Of a DNA stretch of 64,000 nucleotides, positions 58,847 through 64,000 are shown piece by piece. Location of the stretch: positions 2,408 through 66,407 of the forward strand of contig CAJOMD010000002.1 of assembly GCA_905235555.1 (NCBI GenBank), read 5' to 3'. Every line of letters starts with the position of its first letter. The first letter of the stretch is position 1. Both the position numbers and the translations under genes were made by a program. Origin of the DNA: an uncultured Eubacterium sp. (GTDB lineage Bacteria; Bacillota; Clostridia; Lachnospirales; Lachnospiraceae). The notes under the pieces were generated by a model, which was not told the DNA's origin, searched no databases, and saw nothing but the letters and a program-made list of their open reading frames with translations.

Positions 58847-60139
58847 TTATAATTTAATACCTGACTTTTCGATAGTTGCAATTTTAGTACAAACTGCCAA
58901 TATATGACTAGCTTTTATAAGTTCTTCTGGCGTTGGATATGAAGGTGCAATTCGGATTACACTATCATATGGGTCAATATGATATGGAAACGTAGCTCCT
59001 GCTCCTGTTAATACCATGCCAGCATCTTTACACATCTTAACAATCTTCTTTGCACAACTGTTCTCAACATGAAGCGAAATAAAGTAACCGCCTCTTGGCT
59101 TAGTCCAAGTAGCAATTTCGCACGGAGCTAATTCCTTGTCAAAAACATCAAGCACTGCATTGAATTTGTCTCTAAGCAAAGCCGCATGTCTGCTCATATG
59201 TTCTTTTATACCCTCGTGGTCAGCAAATAGTTTTACATGTCTTAACATATTGATTTTATCGTGTCCAATTGTTTGAATTTTCAAACTATCACGAATGTGA
59301 TTTAGATTATTGAAAGATGATGCAAGCGCTGCAATACCAGAACCAGGAAATGTAATCTTAGATGTAGATGCAAACTCAATTGCCATATCTGGATTACCAG
59401 CCTTTTCACATTCTTCTAAAATATCTAAAATTTTGTCTTGATTTTCAGGCTCATCATATAAATGATGAACTGCATAGGCATTATCCCAAAAAATCCTAAA
59501 ATCTTTTGCCGCAGGCTTAAGATTAGCAAAACGTCTAACCACTTCATCTGAGTACGAAGCGCCCTCTGGATTTGAGTACATAGGCACGCACCAAATACCT
59601 TTGATGCTGTCATCTTTTTCCACGAACTGTTCTACAATATCCATATCCGGACCATCTTCGTTCATAGGAACATTTATCATCTCAATCCCAAAATGCTCTG
59701 TAATGGCAAAATGTCTATCATAGCCTGGTACTGGACAAAGCCATTTAATCTTATCAAGCTTACACCATGGAGCCATTCCATTCACGCCGTGTGAATAAAA
59801 TTCAGAAACCTGATCATACATTACATTAAGACTAGAGTTGCCATATACAATTACATGGTCTTCTGTAGTATTCATAATGCTAGCCATCATTCTCTTAGCT
59901 TCCGGTGGACCATCTAAGAGACCGTAGTTTCTACAGTCAAAGCCATTTTCTGAAACTACTTCTGAATCACTCGTGAATACATCAAATAATTCCATAGAAA
60001 TGGCAATTTGATCAGGACCCGGTTTACCTCTAGACATATCTAGATTAAGTCCTGACTCACAAAGTTTCTCGTATTCTTCCCTTAAACTTTTTAATTCCTC
60101 GCGGAGTTCATCGTCCGTCATTTTTTTATAAGCGCCCAT
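58847..60139 (-). CDS. PLP-dependent aminotransferase (class I/II fold), substrate unknown
   Basis: ~430 aa with an LDMSRGKP N-terminal motif and STSKITFPGSG (candidate PLP lysine). ATG 60139 follows GAGG. Confidence 0.8.
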   Translation of the reverse strand: MGAYKKMTDDELREELKSLREEYEKLCESGLNLDMSRGKPGPDQIAISMELFDVFTSDSEVVSENGFDCRNYGLLDGPPEAKRMMASIMNTTEDHVIVYGNSSLNVMYDQVSEFYSHGVNGMAPWCKLDKIKWLCPVPGYDRHFAITEHFGIEMINVPMNEDGPDMDIVEQFVEKDDSIKGIWCVPMYSNPEGASYSDEVVRRFANLKPAAKDFRIFWDNAYAVHHLYDEPENQDKILDILEECEKAGNPDMAIEFASTSKITFPGSGIAALASSFNNLNHIRDSLKIQTIGHDKINMLRHVKLFADHEGIKEHMSRHAALLRDKFNAVLDVFDKELAPCEIATWTKPRGGYFISLHVENSCAKKIVKMCKDAGMVLTGAGATFPYHIDPYDSVIRIAPSYPTPEELIKASHILAVCTKIATIEKSGIKL

Positions 60140-60156
60140 TTTAAACCTCACATTTA

Positions 60157-60762
60157 TTAATTCTTCAAAACTTGTTTATTTTTAATTACATAATCAATCA
60201 TAGAAAATACTGTAAAGAACAATGTTGCTGCCACTAATACTTGGATGAAAATGCCCACACCTAAAATTATCGGGGTTGGAATATTTAATTTATATATAGC
60301 ATTCCAATCCTTAACCTGGAGATAAACAATCATTACTATAGTCATAACCATCTGTAAAACGGTTTTAACTTTGCCCCACCATCCTGCAGCAAGTACTACA
60401 TTTTGGTCAGCAGCTAAAATTCTGAATCCACTGATAAATATTTCTCTGCTTATAATGATAATTACACTTACCGTAAACCAAACGTGTCCTGCATACTGTT
60501 GGCTAGTAATCAGTGCATCCAAGCTGATAAGTGCAGAACAAACCAGAAGTTTGTCCGCAAGTGGATCCATAAACTTTCCAAAGTTTGTAATCAAGTTATA
60601 CTTTCTTGCAATTTTTCCGTCAAAAAGGTCTGTTAAACTTGCAATAACAAACACAATCAATGCAATTAAATAATTGTTTGGAACAAAATGTGCAAGTAAA
60701 AAGAATACAAAGAAAGGAATACAAATTGTTCTAAATATCGTTAGTTTGTTAGGTAAATTCAT
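60157..60762 (-). CDS. pgsA: CDP-diacylglycerol--glycerol-3-phosphate 3-phosphatidyltransferase
   Basis: CDP-alcohol phosphatidyltransferase motif DGKIARK..G..DPLADK. 201 aa, membrane protein. Confidence 0.93.
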   Translation of the reverse strand: MNLPNKLTIFRTICIPFFVFFLLAHFVPNNYLIALIVFVIASLTDLFDGKIARKYNLITNFGKFMDPLADKLLVCSALISLDALITSQQYAGHVWFTVSVIIIISREIFISGFRILAADQNVVLAAGWWGKVKTVLQMVMTIVMIVYLQVKDWNAIYKLNIPTPIILGVGIFIQVLVAATLFFTVFSMIDYVIKNKQVLKN

Positions 60763-62100
60763 TTAATCCTCCAATCGTTCTGTTAAATCACCAATCAAGT
60801 CATAATCATTTGCTCCTGTAACAGAAGCTTTAACAAAATCACCGCTCATTAATTCTTTATCAGTCACTACAAAGATGTTTGAATCAACTCCGGGTGCATC
60901 CATATATGTTCTACCAATGTAAGCATTTTCCATCGGAATCTTTCCTTCAATTAATGCTTCAAACTCTTTCCCCACTAAACTGTCGTTTTTATCAAAAACG
61001 ATTTCTTGCTGAAGCTCCATAATCTCGTTTCGTCTTTTAATTTTAACATCTTCATCTATCTGATTATCCATATCAGCTGCAGGTGTTCCTTCTTCCTGCG
61101 AATATGTGAAAACTCCCAGTCTGTCAAACTTAATATCTTCAACAAAGTCCAAAACCTGCTTGTGGTCTTCATCGCTCTCGCCTGGAAAACCAGAAATCAA
61201 TGTGGTTCTAAGAACTATATCAGGAACGGCTTTTCTTAAAGCATCAATCTTTGATTTAATCTCAGCTTTTGTAGTTTGTCTTCCCATTAGTTTTAAAATT
61301 CTATCGCTAGCATGCTGAATAGGTAAATCTAAATAGTGACAAACTTTTTCATTATTTTTAATCTCTTCAATTAAATCTTCGTAAATATCTTCTGGATAAC
61401 AATATAAAATTCTAATCCATTTGATTACGTCTATCTTAGACAATTCATGAATCAAAATATGAAGTGACTGCTTTCCATATAAATCTGTGCCGTACATTGT
61501 GGTTTCTTGCGCAATAAGGTTAATCTCCTTAATGCCAAGCGAAGCCATCTGTCTTGCTTCTTCTAACACATTGTCAATAGGAACACTTCTAAAATCCCCT
61601 CTCACCTTTGGGATAATACAGTAAGTACAATGTTTATCGCAGCCCTCTGCTATCTTTAAATAACCATATCCTCCAAAAGTAGAAATTTCTCTAGGTGCTT
61701 TAAAGCCAGCTGGACAGTTGATATCCTCAAGATCCACTATCTTTTGCTTATCTTCAAAATACTCATCCAAAGTCTTTGCGATATCGTCAAAAGCAGTAGT
61801 TCCTATACATATATCAATCTCAGGTATTTCATCTTTAATTTCATCATGGTATCTTTGCGCCAGACAACCTGCCAAGACTAAGGCTTTACAATTGTCATTT
61901 TTGTACTTAGACATCTCAAAGATTGTGTTAATGCTTTCCTCTTTTGCGTCATTAATAAAACAGCAACTGTTAATAATGATAATATCCGCCTCCGATTCAT
62001 CATCTGTAAATGTGTAACCAGACGCTTGCAAAATACCAGAAATATGCTCTGAGTCTACTAAGTTTTTATCGCATCCTAAAGATACTAAAAATACTTTCAA
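60763..62100 (-). CDS. rimO: Ribosomal protein S12 methylthiotransferase RimO
   Basis: LGCDKNLVDSE UPF0004 domain, CDKHCTYC radical-SAM motif and a TRAM C-terminus. 445 aa. Confidence 0.88.
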   Translation of the reverse strand: MKVFLVSLGCDKNLVDSEHISGILQASGYTFTDDESEADIIIINSCCFINDAKEESINTIFEMSKYKNDNCKALVLAGCLAQRYHDEIKDEIPEIDICIGTTAFDDIAKTLDEYFEDKQKIVDLEDINCPAGFKAPREISTFGGYGYLKIAEGCDKHCTYCIIPKVRGDFRSVPIDNVLEEARQMASLGIKEINLIAQETTMYGTDLYGKQSLHILIHELSKIDVIKWIRILYCYPEDIYEDLIEEIKNNEKVCHYLDLPIQHASDRILKLMGRQTTKAEIKSKIDALRKAVPDIVLRTTLISGFPGESDEDHKQVLDFVEDIKFDRLGVFTYSQEEGTPAADMDNQIDEDVKIKRRNEIMELQQEIVFDKNDSLVGKEFEALIEGKIPMENAYIGRTYMDAPGVDSNIFVVTDKELMSGDFVKASVTGANDYDLIGDLTERLED

Positions 62101-62125
62101 ATTAATACCTCAAATTTCTATACAC

Positions 62126-62153
62126 TAAAACAGATTGTACATAAGCACAATCT
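62126..62153 (-). terminator. Weak terminator or attenuator after rpoZ
   Basis: Minus-strand AGATTGT-GCTTATGT-ACAATCT followed by GTTTTAGTG. Confidence 0.4.
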
Positions 62154-62162
62154 ATTCTAGTC

Positions 62163-62396
62163 CTATTCATCACCTTGAATCTTTAATTTTCCTTCATAAA
62201 GTTCTTTAACAGCTGTGGATAAAGGCTTATCATAATTGTAATCCTCAACTAAAGGTTCATCGCCTTTCACTAACTGTCTAGCTCTCTTTGCTGTAGCCAT
62301 TACAATAGAATATCTACTTTGAACTACAGGTGTTTCGCCATCTTCCACATCGCTATTAGCGATTTCCATAAGGTCAGTATATGATGGATGTAACAT
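62163..62396 (-). CDS. rpoZ: DNA-directed RNA polymerase subunit omega
   Basis: RYSIVMATAKRARQL core. 77 aa, downstream of gmk. Confidence 0.93.
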   Translation of the reverse strand: MLHPSYTDLMEIANSDVEDGETPVVQSRYSIVMATAKRARQLVKGDEPLVEDYNYDKPLSTAVKELYEGKLKIQGDE

Positions 62397-62398
62397 AA

Positions 62399-63025
62399 CT
62401 ATTCTCCTTTCGAATTGTTAATAATATCTTTTTTTATTTTTAATACTTCATCCTCGCTCGCTAAGTTTGGATTGGTATCTCTAACTATTTTGTCAATATT
62501 CTCAATTGCTTTTTCTAATTCGTCATTTATAACAAAGTATTCATAATGTTTCATGGCATCTGTCTCTTCCACAGCCTTCTGCAAACGTTTCTCAATACTC
62601 TCTAAATCTTCAGAGCCTCTTTTAAGAAGTCTTTCTTTTAGATGTTTAGCAGTAGGTGGTAAAACAAAGATCATCACAGCTTCAGGCATTTTCTCTTTTA
62701 CTTTTCTTGCGCCCTCAGACTCAATCTCTAATATGACATTATCGCCACGCTCTAAGCATTCCTCGACAAACTTCTTCGGCGTACCGTAGTAATTGTCCAC
62801 ATACTTTGCATGCTCTAAAAGTTCATCATTCTCTATCATCTTTTCAAACTCATCTTTGCTTACAAAATGATAATGAATTCCATCTTTCTCATTAGGTCTA
62901 GGTTCTCTTGTGGTGCATGAAATAGAAATCTTATAATTATCGAATGCTTTAAGCAACTCTCTAACTATACTACCTTTGCCTACGCCGGAAAATCCTGAAA
63001 TTATAAGTAGTTTACCTTTTTTCAT
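62399..63025 (-). CDS. gmk: Guanylate kinase
   Basis: GFSGVGKGS P-loop and TTREPRPNE motif. 208 aa. Confidence 0.95.
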   Translation of the reverse strand: MKKGKLLIISGFSGVGKGSIVRELLKAFDNYKISISCTTREPRPNEKDGIHYHFVSKDEFEKMIENDELLEHAKYVDNYYGTPKKFVEECLERGDNVILEIESEGARKVKEKMPEAVMIFVLPPTAKHLKERLLKRGSEDLESIEKRLQKAVEETDAMKHYEYFVINDELEKAIENIDKIVRDTNPNLASEDEVLKIKKDIINNSKGE

Positions 63026-63033
63026 AATATATC

Positions 63034-63912
63034 CTATTCAATGTTTTGAATTTGTTCTCTTACTTTTTCTATATCAGTCTTTAGAGTAATTGCTTTTTCT
63101 GAAATATCTTTATCAGTAGTTTTAGAAAGTGTAGTGTTTGCTTCTCTATTCATCTCCTGTGTGATGAAGTCAAGTCTGCGTCCCACAGCGCCGTCCTGGT
63201 CAAATGTTTGAACCATTGCTTTAACATGACTTTTAAGCCTTACAATTTCTTCGTCCACACATACCTTGTCGGCAAACATTGTAACTTCTTGAGCAATTCT
63301 AGATTCATCTATCTGTGTATCATCAAGTAGTTCGTGAATCTTTTCATAAACCTTTTCTTTATACTCTTCCACGATAACTGGACTCTTCTCTTCAACAAAA
63401 TCAACATTTTCACTTATGCTATCAAGCTTAGCCAAAATATCTTTCTTTAAACGCTCGCCCTCATTTGATCTAGATTCAACCAACTTTTCCAAAGCGCCCT
63501 TGCAAGCCTCAAGCACAATATCTTTTACTGCATCTTCATCCTCTTCAGCACTCTCAATTGTGATAACATCAGGACTTCTCATAATGTGACTAGTCTTAAT
63601 GTCATTTTCTGTACCCAACTCTTCACTTATCTGTGTGTATGCGTCAAAGTACTCCTTCGCCAAAGCAGCATTATATCTGATATCTTCATCACCCTCGCCC
63701 AAGTTTTGATAAGTCACGAAAACATCTACTTTGCCACGCTCCACATACTCTTTTGCTAGGTTTCGGATATCGTTGTCTAAAAAGTTTAATTTTCTAGGAA
63801 TTTTGATTCCTAATTCTAAATATCTATGATTAACAGACTTGATTTCAACAGAGACTTTTCTATCGTCTCTGCTCACTTCACATCTGCCAAATCCTGTCAT
63901 ACTTTTAATCAT
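63034..63912 (-). CDS. YicC/YloC family endoribonuclease-like protein
   Basis: MIKSMTGFGR N-terminus and the C-terminal EMNREANT motif. 292 aa. Confidence 0.9.
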   Translation of the reverse strand: MIKSMTGFGRCEVSRDDRKVSVEIKSVNHRYLELGIKIPRKLNFLDNDIRNLAKEYVERGKVDVFVTYQNLGEGDEDIRYNAALAKEYFDAYTQISEELGTENDIKTSHIMRSPDVITIESAEEDEDAVKDIVLEACKGALEKLVESRSNEGERLKKDILAKLDSISENVDFVEEKSPVIVEEYKEKVYEKIHELLDDTQIDESRIAQEVTMFADKVCVDEEIVRLKSHVKAMVQTFDQDGAVGRRLDFITQEMNREANTTLSKTTDKDISEKAITLKTDIEKVREQIQNIE

Positions 63913-63948
63913 AAAAACCTCTTTTTATGCCTTTACATATTCCGTAAT

Positions 63949-63977
63949 ATTATAGTTTATTATAGAAATACCGTCAA
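63949..63977 (-). promoter_or_regulatory. Promoter candidate for the yicC-gmk-rpoZ block
   Basis: Minus-strand TTGACG, 17 nt spacer, TATAAT, followed by an AGAGG SD. Confidence 0.65.
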
Positions 63978-64000
63978 GGTTGACTTAAGGGTATAAACAT

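Noticed and set aside
20795-59613. Same-strand nested ORFs in alternative frames (20795..20986 in smc, 38548..38775 in the oadA-like gene, 42005..42196, 57600..57803 in recA, 59425..59613).
   Set aside because: They are short, with no SD sites and odd compositions (Met/Leu/Lys-rich). Each lies inside a strongly conserved gene. There is no support for overlapping genes without ribosome profiling.
382-62789. Dozens of 60 to 200-aa plus-strand ORFs in the track that lie entirely inside minus-strand genes (for example 382..738, 7949..8377, 15984..16364, 25621..26031, 34960..35505, 56326..56952).
   Set aside because: They are antisense to genes with unmistakable conserved motifs and have Ser/Leu/Phe/Ile-rich low-complexity translations. 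None of those I spot-checked has an SD site. Open antisense frames are expected for AT-rich, purine-biased coding strands.

Overview
AT-rich, gene-dense core chromosome from a low-GC Firmicute. The synteny looks Clostridia-like (DUF512-der-plsY-gpsA, cmk-ispH-rpsA, rimO-pgsA-recA), but that taxonomic call is inference only. I call 62 protein genes, 60 on the minus strand. Nearly all are housekeeping: translation and ribosome biogenesis (alaS, tyrS, der, rbgA, rplS, trmD, rimM, rpsP, rpmF, rpsA, rimO, rsmD); SRP and chromosome segregation (ffh, ylxM, ftsY, smc, scpAB, xerD); RNA processing (rnc, rny, rnhB); phospholipid and envelope synthesis (cls, gpsA, plsY, plsX, acpP, pgsA, LtaS-like, YfhO-like, murE, dapF); central metabolism (pta-ackA, ispH, cmk, gmk, coaD, proC, DAHP synthase); and recA-recX behind a clear LexA box. 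I found no rRNA, tRNA, CRISPR array, transposase, phage block, toxin-antitoxin pair or recognisable defence island, and no system I can honestly call new and exciting. The most unusual items are: (1) a Na+-pump decarboxylase operon with two different carboxyltransferases and an OadG-like subunit fused to a lipoprotein domain; (2) ribosomal protein L19 with a roughly 100-aa acidic N-terminal extension, and S1 with an acidic tail containing a 3 x 42 nt tandem repeat; (3) a YfhO-family gene inserted between ftsY and ylxM-ffh; (4) a dapF-murE-asnB linkage suggesting mDAP amidation; (5) tyrS-alaS with no room for a T-box leader. Several ORF-track starts were trimmed to internal ATGs with good Shine-Dalgarno (SD) sites. 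All promoter and terminator calls are by-eye predictions.
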